Shown here: one piece after another, positions 27,609 through 35,112 of the stretch | Layout: the number at the start of each line of letters is the position of its first letter | How positions within the stretch are numbered: position 1 is the stretch's first letter | From: a bacterium | GTDB lineage: Bacteria; Zixibacteria; MSB-5A5; GN15; FEB-12 | Direction: 5' to 3' | DNA: 50,772 bases | Assembly (NCBI GenBank): GCA_024230675.1 | Contig: JAAERE010000194.1 | Coordinates: forward strand, 1-50,772 | Made by a program: the position numbers and the translations under genes | Notes under the pieces: generated by a model | Databases searched by the model: none | What the model was told of the DNA's origin: nothing | The model's input: the letters and a program-made list of their open reading frames with translations, nothing else

Positions 27609-28451
27609 GTGGACTTTACTACTTTCTTATGGACCACCTTCGCCGCTTTTGTGACGCTGGCGACTTTCTCGTTCCTTTACAAGGACAACCCGTTTTATAA
27701 GTTCGCAGAGCACCTCGTGGTAGGTGTGGCGGCCGGTTACTTTGTCATCATTCTCTGGCACAACGGCCTGGTACCGAACCTGTTCCGGCGCCTGGCCGAC
27801 GGTGACTGGTATCTCCTGTGGCTTAACTCCACTATGTGGTGGTATCTGATACCGGCCATTCTGGGCGCTCTCATGTGGACGCGCTTTTCGAAGAGATGGT
27901 CCTGGGTCTCGCGCTGGCCGATGGGGCTGTATATCGGTATCTCGACCGGTGTGGCGATTCCGCTGGAAATGTCCAACCGCGTGAGCAAGCAGCTTTACGC
28001 GACTATGATAGTCAACCCTCAGAACCCCGGTATCGACTGGGCAAACTTCTGGGGACACGGCGGTTTCGATCTTCTGGATGTGGCCTCGGGCTTTTCCCAA
28101 GTGCTGATATTTATCGGTGCCGTGGCCGCCCTGATATATTTCTTCTTCTCAAAAGCGCATACCGGAATATTCGGCAAGGCTGCCACCTTCGGGATCTGGA
28201 TTCTGATGATCGGTTTTGGCGCCTCGTTCGGCTTCACGGTGATGGCGCGTATTTCCCTGTTCATCAACCGGCTACAGTTCATCGATCAAGAATGGATCCA
28301 GCACGCCATGAATCCGGAGAATATGGTCAACGGCTCTCACTGGCCTTACCAGTTGGTGTTCTGGGCGATGATTCTGGTTGTTGTCGGGTATATGGTATTC
28401 GAGCTTGTGCAACACTTCTCGTCCAAGGGGAAAGCTGCACCAGCAGAGTAA
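27609..28451 (+). CDS. cassette 3, family D: integral membrane protein with an extra C-terminal TM (uncharacterised)
   Basis: GTG start 2 nt after the C3 stop, with the SD GGGGAGG. Contains FVTLATFSFLYKDNPFYKFAEH, SRWPMGLYIG, ALIYFFFSKAHTGIFG and GIWILMIGFGASFGFTVM, plus an extra helix LVFWAMILVVVGYMVF. Confidence 0.85.
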   Translation: MDFTTFLWTTFAAFVTLATFSFLYKDNPFYKFAEHLVVGVAAGYFVIILWHNGLVPNLFRRLADGDWYLLWLNSTMWWYLIPAILGALMWTRFSKRWSWVSRWPMGLYIGISTGVAIPLEMSNRVSKQLYATMIVNPQNPGIDWANFWGHGGFDLLDVASGFSQVLIFIGAVAALIYFFFSKAHTGIFGKAATFGIWILMIGFGASFGFTVMARISLFINRLQFIDQEWIQHAMNPENMVNGSHWPYQLVFWAMILVVVGYMVFELVQHFSSKGKAAPAE

Positions 28452-28478
28452 AGTCGACTGACTCATATTGAACTCAAG

Positions 28479-28510
28479 AATCCCGCTTCTTCGGAGGCGG
28501 GATTTTTTTT
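28479..28510 (+). terminator. strong intrinsic terminator closing the 12-gene operon
   Basis: Stem AATCCCGCTTC / GAGGCGGGATT (one G-U pair), TTCG tetraloop, then a T8 run (28503..28510). It lies 28 nt after the D3 stop. Confidence 0.85.
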
Positions 28511-28577
28511 CGTTTACAGTAGTCAAGATGCACTTTTGTGCGTAGAAGAATTAGTTGACAATTGATGACAGTCCGTC

Positions 28578-28601
28578 AGGCCCCGCCAATCGGGCCTTTT
28601 T
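28578..28601 (+). terminator. second, weaker terminator-like hairpin
   Basis: AGGCCC / GGGCCT 6-bp stem, an 8-nt loop, then a T5 run. No ORF lies between it and the first terminator. Confidence 0.35.
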
Positions 28602-28754
28602 GAGTGTCGTCGTGGTCGAGGAGGTGTGACAGATTTAGTCTTTGTAAGGCGCTGGTTTTCAATTAGTTGCGGTCGAGTATTCTTATTCGGGCCGTTAAAT
28701 CGTTAATCTCTATTAAGATATAGGAGTTTTTTCTTAAACAAGTTAAAAAATAGC

Positions 28755-28783
28755 TTGACATACAGGTAATAGTTTCCTATCGT
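28755..28783 (+). promoter_or_regulatory. sigma70-type promoter candidate (TAGCTTGACAT ... TATCGT)
   Basis: Consensus TTGACA at 28755..28760, a 17-nt spacer, TATCGT at 28778..28783. An AT-rich upstream tract precedes it. Confidence 0.4.
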
Positions 28784-28864
28784 CGGCGGTGTGAGGGACC
28801 AATTCTCTGCGCAAGTTCCGAAAAAAGGGTAGCAACGCAAACACAGGGAAAGTGAGGTGGCGTT

Positions 28865-29212
28865 ATGGCTCGGACTAAGAAAGCAGCCCCAGCCGAAACG
28901 AAGGAGAAAGCTGCCGCTGACAGGGAGGAGCAATCCAGGAAAAAATCAAGACTTTCGACCGCTGAGGCGCGCCGTGAATATCAGCGCCGGTACTACCAGA
29001 TGCACAAGGAAAAGGCCAAGGAGTACCAGCGCCAATATAACCTGACTCACAAGAAGAAGGCACGGGCCGGCCGGGGGAAATCCAACATCACAGCCAGCCG
29101 CGAGGTGGTCAGAAGCACTTTTAATACTCAGGATTTAATGCATTCTCCGGTCGAAAAGACGCTAAAAATGCTGGAGAAGATCATCAAAGGTGAGCGCCTG
29201 TTCACAATGTAA
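28865..29212 (+). CDS. small, highly basic Lys/Arg-rich hypothetical protein
   Basis: 115 aa: MARTKKAAPAETKEKAAADREEQSRKKSR...REYQRRYYQMHKEKAKEYQRQY...KKKARAGRGK. SD GTGAGGTGG upstream. No family recognised. Confidence 0.6.
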   Translation: MARTKKAAPAETKEKAAADREEQSRKKSRLSTAEARREYQRRYYQMHKEKAKEYQRQYNLTHKKKARAGRGKSNITASREVVRSTFNTQDLMHSPVEKTLKMLEKIIKGERLFTM

Positions 29213-29231
29213 GCCGCTTCCCGAAAGTCAT

Positions 29232-29270
29232 GGCGGCCGGTGTCGATTTTTGAATCACCGGTCGCCTTTT
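29232..29270 (+). terminator. intrinsic terminator candidate after the basic-protein gene
   Basis: 11-bp stem GGCGGCCGGTG / CACCGGTCGCC (one G-U pair), a 13-nt loop, then TTTT. Confidence 0.5.
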
Positions 29271-29361
29271 CCATTGCTTCCCAAGATAAAATACCGTATC
29301 TATCTATCTATTCTGGACCGAACATGTGTACGTTTAAGTCCTTAATATATAAGGAGATATT

Positions 29362-32169
29362 ATGCCAGCCAAAAAAACAAAGGGGTCCGGAAAAAAGGCG
29401 GAGGCCAAGACTCCGGCGAAAAACACAAAGAAAAGAACTATGAAATCAGAAAAAAATACGGTCAAGTCCGGCAAGTACTATTACTTCTTTGGCAAGGGGA
29501 AGGCCGATGGTAACGCGGCCATGAAGGACCTTCTCGGCGGCAAGGGAGCCAACCTGGCGGAGATGACTAACGCCGGCATCCCGGTTCCTCCGGGTTTTAC
29601 GATCACCACCGAGGTCTGCAATCTCTATTATGACAACGGAATGGAGATCCCGAAGGATATCGATACAGATCTCGAATCGCACATGCACAAGCTGGAAAAA
29701 GCCTCCGGCAAGAAGTTCGGCGACCTGGCCGATCCCCTCATGGTTTCGGTTCGGTCCGGGGCCAAGTTCTCCATGCCCGGCATGATGGACACGATCCTCA
29801 ACCTGGGTCTCAACGAAGAGACGGTCAAGGGCGTTGCAGAGAAAACCGGTAACGAGCGTTTTGCGCTGGACAACTACCGTCGCTTCATCTCCATGTTTGG
29901 CAACGTCGTTCTTGGCATCGACAAGGACCTTTTCGAGGACGTCATCAGCAAGACCAAGAAGGATCGTCGCATCAAGCAGGACAGCTCCCTGCAGGCCAAC
30001 GATCTAAAGAACATAATCAAGAAGTTCAAGGGCATCGTTAAGCGGAAATCCGGCGAAGCCTTCCCGGATGATCCTTACGTGCAGCTGCGCATGTCGCGCG
30101 ACGCTGTTTTTCGCAGCTGGAACAACCCTCGCGCTATCACCTATCGGCGCCTGAACGACATTCCGTCCGGGCTCGGCACGGCGGTGAACGTGCAGGTTAT
30201 GGTGTTTGGCAATACCGGCAACAAGTCCGGTACCGGCGTAGGCTTCACCCGCAACCCTGCTACCGGCGACAAGGAATTCTACGGCGAATATCTGGTCAAC
30301 GCCCAGGGCGAGGACGTTGTGGCGGGTGTCCGCACGCCGCAGCCGATAGCCGAGTTGGCCAATGATATGCCGGCGATTTTCAAGCAACTCAAGGAAATTA
30401 CTACGCGATTGGAAAAACACTATCGCGATATTCAGGATTTCGAGTTTACCGTGCAGGATGGCGAACTGTTCATGCTTCAGACCCGGTCGGGCAAGCGCAC
30501 CGCCCAGGCGGCTATCAAGATCGCCGTTGATATGGTCAAGGAGAAGTTGATCACCAAGGAGGAAGCCCTGATGCGGATCGATCCCATGCAGCTGGATCAC
30601 CTGCTGCATCCCCGCATCGATCCCAAGGCTAAATTCGACGTTATCTGCAAGGGCCTGGCGGCCTCACCGGGCGCAGCCTCGGGCAAAGTGTATTTCACGG
30701 CCGAGGACGTCGTAAGGATCGGTCCCAAAACGCCGACCATCCTGGTTCGCGAGGAGACCAACCCGGACGATATCGAAGGCATGAACGTCGCTGTTGGCAT
30801 TCTCACCTCCCGGGGTGGCATGACTTCGCACGCTGCGGTGGTGGCACGAGGCATGGGCAAGTGCTGTGTAAGCGGCGCCGAGGCCGTCCGCGTTAACGCC
30901 TCGAAGAAAGTGTTTCAGGTAGGACGTCTCTCTGTAAAGGAAGGCGAAATCGTTACGTTGAACGGCTCTACCGGCGAAGTGGTCCTGGGCAAGGTAGATA
31001 CGATCGAGCCGGAACTCTCCGGTGAGTTCAATGTGTTGATGGGCTGGGCCGACGAGGTTCGCCGTATGAAAGTGCGTACTAACGCCGACATCCCGCGCGA
31101 TGCCAAGCAGGCGATACAATTTGGCGCCGAAGGTATCGGTCTCTGTCGGACGGAACACATGTTCTTCGCAGAGGCACGTATTCCGATCGTACAGCAAATG
31201 ATTCTGGCCGACACCACCGAGGAGCGCCAGGCGGCTCTGGACAAGCTGCTGCCGTTCCAGAAGAAGGACTTCAAGGGGCTTTTCGAGGCCATGCAGGGGC
31301 TGCCGGTAACTATCCGCACGCTCGATCCGCCGCTCCACGAATTCCTGCCCCGGAGCGAGGAGATCGAAGAGAAGATCGCCGGTCTCGATCCGAAAGACGA
31401 TGAGTACGAAGAGAAGCTGGAAGCTCTGGAGAAGACGCTCAAGCGGATCTCCGAGTTGAGCGAACTCAACCCTATGCTGGGGCATCGAGGCTGTCGTCTG
31501 GGGGTGATGTATCCCGAGATCACCGAGATGCAGGTCAGGGCGATTCTTCAGGCCGCCTGCGAACTTCACAAGGCCAAGAAGAAGGTCTTCCCGGAGATCA
31601 TGATTCCGCTGGTCGGTCATGTCAACGAGTTCAAGAACCAGAAGGAACTGGTCGATCGCGTGGCCCGCGAGGTCATTGCCAAGAACAAGGTCAAGAATTT
31701 GAATTTCATGATCGGTACCATGATCGAGGTGCCCCGGGCGGCTCTGACAGCCGACGAGATCGCCGAGGAGGCCGAGTTCTTCAGTTTTGGCACCAACGAT
31801 CTGACTCAGATGACTATGGGCTTCTCGCGCGATGACGCCGGCAAGTTCCTTGGTCATTACGTCGAGAAGGATATCCTGCCGAGCGATCCTTTCGTTTCAG
31901 TGGACCCGACCGGCGTGGGGCAGTTGGTCAAGATGGGTAAGGAAAAGGGCCGAGCGGTCCGAGCCGATCTGAAGGTTGGTGTCTGCGGCGAGCACGGGGG
32001 TGACCCGTCTTCGATTGAGTTCTTCGAGGGCGTTGGTCTGGACTATGTTTCCTGTTCTCCCTATCGCGTACCGATAGCCCGTCTGGCTGCCGCTCAGGCA
32101 AGCATTCGAGTGAAGCAGGCCGAAAAGGCAGCCAAGGCTGCAGCGAGAAAAGCGGCCAAGAAGAAGTAA
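29362..32169 (+). CDS. ppdK: pyruvate, phosphate dikinase with Lys-rich N- and C-terminal extensions
   Basis: Contains GGKGANLAEMT, the phosphohistidine region TSRGGMTSHAAVVARGMGK, GLCRTEHMF, and the C-terminal PEP-utilising TIM barrel ending CSPYRVPIARLAAAQA. The ATG at 29362 lies 5 nt after AAGGAG. Confidence 0.95.
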   Translation: MPAKKTKGSGKKAEAKTPAKNTKKRTMKSEKNTVKSGKYYYFFGKGKADGNAAMKDLLGGKGANLAEMTNAGIPVPPGFTITTEVCNLYYDNGMEIPKDIDTDLESHMHKLEKASGKKFGDLADPLMVSVRSGAKFSMPGMMDTILNLGLNEETVKGVAEKTGNERFALDNYRRFISMFGNVVLGIDKDLFEDVISKTKKDRRIKQDSSLQANDLKNIIKKFKGIVKRKSGEAFPDDPYVQLRMSRDAVFRSWNNPRAITYRRLNDIPSGLGTAVNVQVMVFGNTGNKSGTGVGFTRNPATGDKEFYGEYLVNAQGEDVVAGVRTPQPIAELANDMPAIFKQLKEITTRLEKHYRDIQDFEFTVQDGELFMLQTRSGKRTAQAAIKIAVDMVKEKLITKEEALMRIDPMQLDHLLHPRIDPKAKFDVICKGLAASPGAASGKVYFTAEDVVRIGPKTPTILVREETNPDDIEGMNVAVGILTSRGGMTSHAAVVARGMGKCCVSGAEAVRVNASKKVFQVGRLSVKEGEIVTLNGSTGEVVLGKVDTIEPELSGEFNVLMGWADEVRRMKVRTNADIPRDAKQAIQFGAEGIGLCRTEHMFFAEARIPIVQQMILADTTEERQAALDKLLPFQKKDFKGLFEAMQGLPVTIRTLDPPLHEFLPRSEEIEEKIAGLDPKDDEYEEKLEALEKTLKRISELSELNPMLGHRGCRLGVMYPEITEMQVRAILQAACELHKAKKKVFPEIMIPLVGHVNEFKNQKELVDRVAREVIAKNKVKNLNFMIGTMIEVPRAALTADEIAEEAEFFSFGTNDLTQMTMGFSRDDAGKFLGHYVEKDILPSDPFVSVDPTGVGQLVKMGKEKGRAVRADLKVGVCGEHGGDPSSIEFFEGVGLDYVSCSPYRVPIARLAAAQASIRVKQAEKAAKAAARKAAKKK

Positions 32170-32197
32170 GCGATTTTCCGATTTCGCACGACGCCAG

Positions 32198-32228
32198 GGG
32201 CCGCCGCGCTGTTCGCGGCGGCCCTTTT
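32198..32228 (+). terminator. intrinsic terminator after ppdK
   Basis: Perfect 11-bp stem GGGCCGCCGCG / CGCGGCGGCCC, 5-nt loop, then TTTT. Confidence 0.8.
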
Positions 32229-32273
32229 GTCGGCGGATCACAGGGGGCTCCTATCCTGTTAGCCAAGTTTAGC

Positions 32274-32301
32274 TTGACATTTTCGGCCGGTGACATTGAT
32301 T
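32274..32301 (+). promoter_or_regulatory. weak promoter candidate (TAGCTTGACAT, poor -10)
   Basis: TTGACA at 32274..32279 sits inside the same 11-mer TAGCTTGACAT found at 28751. The best -10 is only TTGATT. An alternative extended -10, TGATAGTAT, lies at 32380..32388. Confidence 0.25.
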
Positions 32302-32416
32302 CCGGTTTTAACTCGGGTCGAGGTTTCTCTCTTTGACCGGCGTATTGCCAAAGGGTGTGTCCGGTGCCTCGATTCCGCCTGATAGTATGCTTTGGAGAAA
32401 CAACTGAAAGTCAACG

Positions 32417-34534
32417 ATGAGACACGAATTAGACGCCTTTTTCAAGCCCCGCTCGGTAGCCGTCATCGGCGCCACTCCCAGGAAACTGACTATCGGTCGA
32501 GAGACCCTGCACAACATTTTCGCCGCTGAATTTCGCGGAAAGGTCTTTCCGGTCAATCCTAACTACGAAGTCATCCACTCCGTGAAGTGTTATTCGACTG
32601 TGCTTGACGTCCCCGACGCCGTTGACATGGCCGTTATAATCGTCCCCAAGCAGTTCGTCAAGGAAGCGGTACGGCAGTGCGGTGAGAAAGGCGTCAAGGG
32701 CGTGGTCGTTATTTCGGCCGGCTTTTCGGAAGTTGGTCCCGAGGGCAAGACCCGGGAGAAAGAGGTCCTCGAGGTAGTTCGCAATTACGGGATGCGGATG
32801 ATCGGCCCGAACTGTTTTGGCGTTGTCAACGCCGACCCGGAGATTCGGCTGAACGTCACTTTCGGCAAGACTTTTCCCAAGCACGGCAACGTTGGTTTCA
32901 TTACCCAGTCCGGCGCCATGGGGGAGGCGATCATGAACCACGCGATGGAATTGGGTATCGGGTTTTCCAAGATAGCGTCGATCGGTAACAAGGCGGATAT
33001 CTCCTCCAACGATATCATCACGTACTTCAAGGATGATCCCCAGACGCAGATCATCCTGCTCTACCTGGAGAATTTCGGTAACCCGCGCAAATTCACGCAG
33101 ATCACGACTGAGGTCTCTCGATATAAACCGATCGTGGCCGTCAAGTCAGGTCGGACTTCGCTTGGAGCCAAGGCGGCTTCCTCGCACACCGGCGCTCTGG
33201 CCGGTCTCGATGTAGGCGTGGACGCTCTCTTCGAGCAGGCGGGCATTATGCGGGTTGACACTACCGAAGAACTTTTTGATGTCGCCGCCGCGCTGTCGCG
33301 CCAGCCGATCCCCAGGGGCAACCGGGTGGTCGTAGTAACCAACGCCGGCGGTCCCGGAATCCTGGCTACGGACGCCATGATCAGCCACGGTCTGGAAATG
33401 CCCAACCTGGCTCCGAACACCGTCAAAGAGCTCAAAAATTTCATTTCGGCCGATGCTTCATATGCCAATCCGATGGACATGGTAGCCGGCGCCGGTCCGA
33501 CCGAATATCTCGAAACGCTGAACGTCATCAAAAAGGACAAGCGTTACGACACCATCCTTACGATTTTCCTGTCGCCGGTAACCGTGGACGAACTGCACGT
33601 CGCCAAGAACATCCATACCGCCCTCAAGGACACCGACAAAACAGTTCTGACTTGTCTCATGGGCGCCGGCGTAAGCAAGGCCGGAATCGATTTTCTCAAC
33701 CACAACGGCATACCTACTTATCTCTTCCCCGAGGCTGCTGCCAAGGCGCTGAAGACTATAGACGGTTATCGTCAATGGCTCGAACGTACGCCGGGCAAGG
33801 TCAAGAAACTCAAAGTGCGGACGGACAAGGCCGCTGAGATCATCAACCGCTATCTGGCCGACGGTACCTCGGCGATTGTGGGCGAGGACGCGATGGAAAT
33901 CCTGAAGGCGTACGGTATCCCGGCTGCCGGATATGAATACGCTTTCTCTCCCAAGGAGGCTGTTTCCGTAGCCAAGTCGCTGGGTTTCCCGGTGGTAATG
34001 AAGATCAACACGCCGCCTATTCTTCACAAGACCGAGGCCGGCGGGGTGATGGTGGATCTTCGCTCCGAAGCCGAAATCCGCAACGCTTACAAGGAACTGC
34101 TCAAGCGGGTCGGGAAGATTCCGAAAGGTGAAAAGTTCTCCGTTATCCTACAGCAAATGGTCTCCGGTTCGGTTGAGACAGTTATCGGTATGACCACCGA
34201 TCCTTCGTTCGGCCCCCTGATCATGTTCGGACTGGGCGGCATTTACGTCGAAGTCATGAAAGACGTTGCTTTCCGCATCTATCCGCTGACCCCGCTGAAG
34301 GCGCGGCGGATGATAAAGTCCCTCAAGTCTTACCCGTTGCTGACCGGATTCCGAGGAGCACCGCCGGTAGACATAAAGATTATCGAGGATACACTGCAGC
34401 GCGTGTCGCAATTGGTCGGGGATTTCGACAGCATCGCGGAGATAGATATTAACCCCTTCATCGTCTCGGACGCTCGTGACCGCTGCAAGGCGGTAGACGC
34501 GCGATTTATACTCAAGAAGGAGTCCAAACGATAG
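32417..34534 (+). CDS. ADP-forming acetyl-CoA synthetase (acetate-CoA ligase, fused alpha/beta; CoA-binding plus succinyl-CoA-synthetase-like plus ATP-grasp)
   Basis: 705 aa with FKPRSVAVIGATPR..GREV, VFPVNPNY, GPNCFGV and SHTGALAG (phosphohistidine loop), plus a C-terminal ATP-grasp (GFPVVMKI..HKTEAGGV). Confidence 0.88.
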   Translation: MRHELDAFFKPRSVAVIGATPRKLTIGRETLHNIFAAEFRGKVFPVNPNYEVIHSVKCYSTVLDVPDAVDMAVIIVPKQFVKEAVRQCGEKGVKGVVVISAGFSEVGPEGKTREKEVLEVVRNYGMRMIGPNCFGVVNADPEIRLNVTFGKTFPKHGNVGFITQSGAMGEAIMNHAMELGIGFSKIASIGNKADISSNDIITYFKDDPQTQIILLYLENFGNPRKFTQITTEVSRYKPIVAVKSGRTSLGAKAASSHTGALAGLDVGVDALFEQAGIMRVDTTEELFDVAAALSRQPIPRGNRVVVVTNAGGPGILATDAMISHGLEMPNLAPNTVKELKNFISADASYANPMDMVAGAGPTEYLETLNVIKKDKRYDTILTIFLSPVTVDELHVAKNIHTALKDTDKTVLTCLMGAGVSKAGIDFLNHNGIPTYLFPEAAAKALKTIDGYRQWLERTPGKVKKLKVRTDKAAEIINRYLADGTSAIVGEDAMEILKAYGIPAAGYEYAFSPKEAVSVAKSLGFPVVMKINTPPILHKTEAGGVMVDLRSEAEIRNAYKELLKRVGKIPKGEKFSVILQQMVSGSVETVIGMTTDPSFGPLIMFGLGGIYVEVMKDVAFRIYPLTPLKARRMIKSLKSYPLLTGFRGAPPVDIKIIEDTLQRVSQLVGDFDSIAEIDINPFIVSDARDRCKAVDARFILKKESKR

Positions 34535-34572
34535 TCAGCGACGTTACAGGACAATCGTAGAGGAGGTTGGCG

Positions 34573-35097
34573 ATGCGATACGAAATCAGATCGATCGGCA
34601 TATGGGCCTACCTTAAGATCGGCTTCTTTCTGAATCTGCTTATAGGGTTCATAGGCGGACTGTTTTTCGCGGTTTTCATGTCGTTTCAAATGGCCCTGAT
34701 GGATAATCTGGGTCTGGACCCGGGTCCCGGGTTCGGCGGCGAAGAGCTTCCGATCGGTATTCTCATGGTCATCATGCCGATCATGTTTGCCATCGGGGGA
34801 GCCATCTTCTATACCCTGTTCGGCCTGATTTTCGTTTTCATATACAACCTGGTGGCCAAACTTACCGGCGGATTCGAGATGGACCTTCGGGCCGTGGATC
34901 AACCGCCCCCGGTTCAATCGGTTTCACCTCAGCCGGCCGCACCACAGACGGCTCCGCCCGCATCGCCTCGGGAGGCCGCTCCACCGTGGCAACCGCCACC
35001 GCCGCCGCCCGGCACGCCACCACCACCTATAACAGACGAGCACCGTCCGCCGGAACCTCAGGGGCCACTGCCTCCGGCCGGGGACGAGCCAAGATAG
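34573..35097 (+). CDS. hypothetical membrane protein with a Pro-rich C-terminal tail
   Basis: The ATG at 34573 lies 6 nt after GGAGG. There are about three hydrophobic helices. The tail includes PPPVQSVSPQPAAPQTAPPASP...PPPPPPGTPPPP. Confidence 0.65.
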   Translation: MRYEIRSIGIWAYLKIGFFLNLLIGFIGGLFFAVFMSFQMALMDNLGLDPGPGFGGEELPIGILMVIMPIMFAIGGAIFYTLFGLIFVFIYNLVAKLTGGFEMDLRAVDQPPPVQSVSPQPAAPQTAPPASPREAAPPWQPPPPPPGTPPPPITDEHRPPEPQGPLPPAGDEPR

Positions 35098-35112
35098 ATT
35101 CAGCAGGAACCT

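Noticed and set aside
17000-28451. The three cassettes might be a recent duplication, a mis-assembly of a repeat, or a mobile island.
   Set aside because: - The paralogs differ extensively at synonymous positions. They also differ in insertions and extra TM helices.
- There are no flanking direct or inverted repeats.
- There is no integrase, transposase or tRNA.
- The flanking genes are core housekeeping genes.
17000-28451. The four-gene cassette might be gldKLMN (T9SS), Bat/aerotolerance, an ABC or TRAP transporter, or Rnf/Nqr/Mrp-type.
   Set aside because: - Domain layouts do not match. There is no FGE-sulfatase-like lipoprotein, vWA, Walker A/ABC signature, flavin or Fe-S motif.
- Subunit sizes and TM counts differ from those systems.
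- I could not verify any of this by search, so it remains open (see finding 1).
29296-29312. A TATC tetranucleotide mini-repeat (tatctatctatctatt) upstream of ppdK.
   Set aside because: It has only about 3.5 imperfect units in an AT-rich leader and no obvious relation to promoter elements. It is probably compositional.
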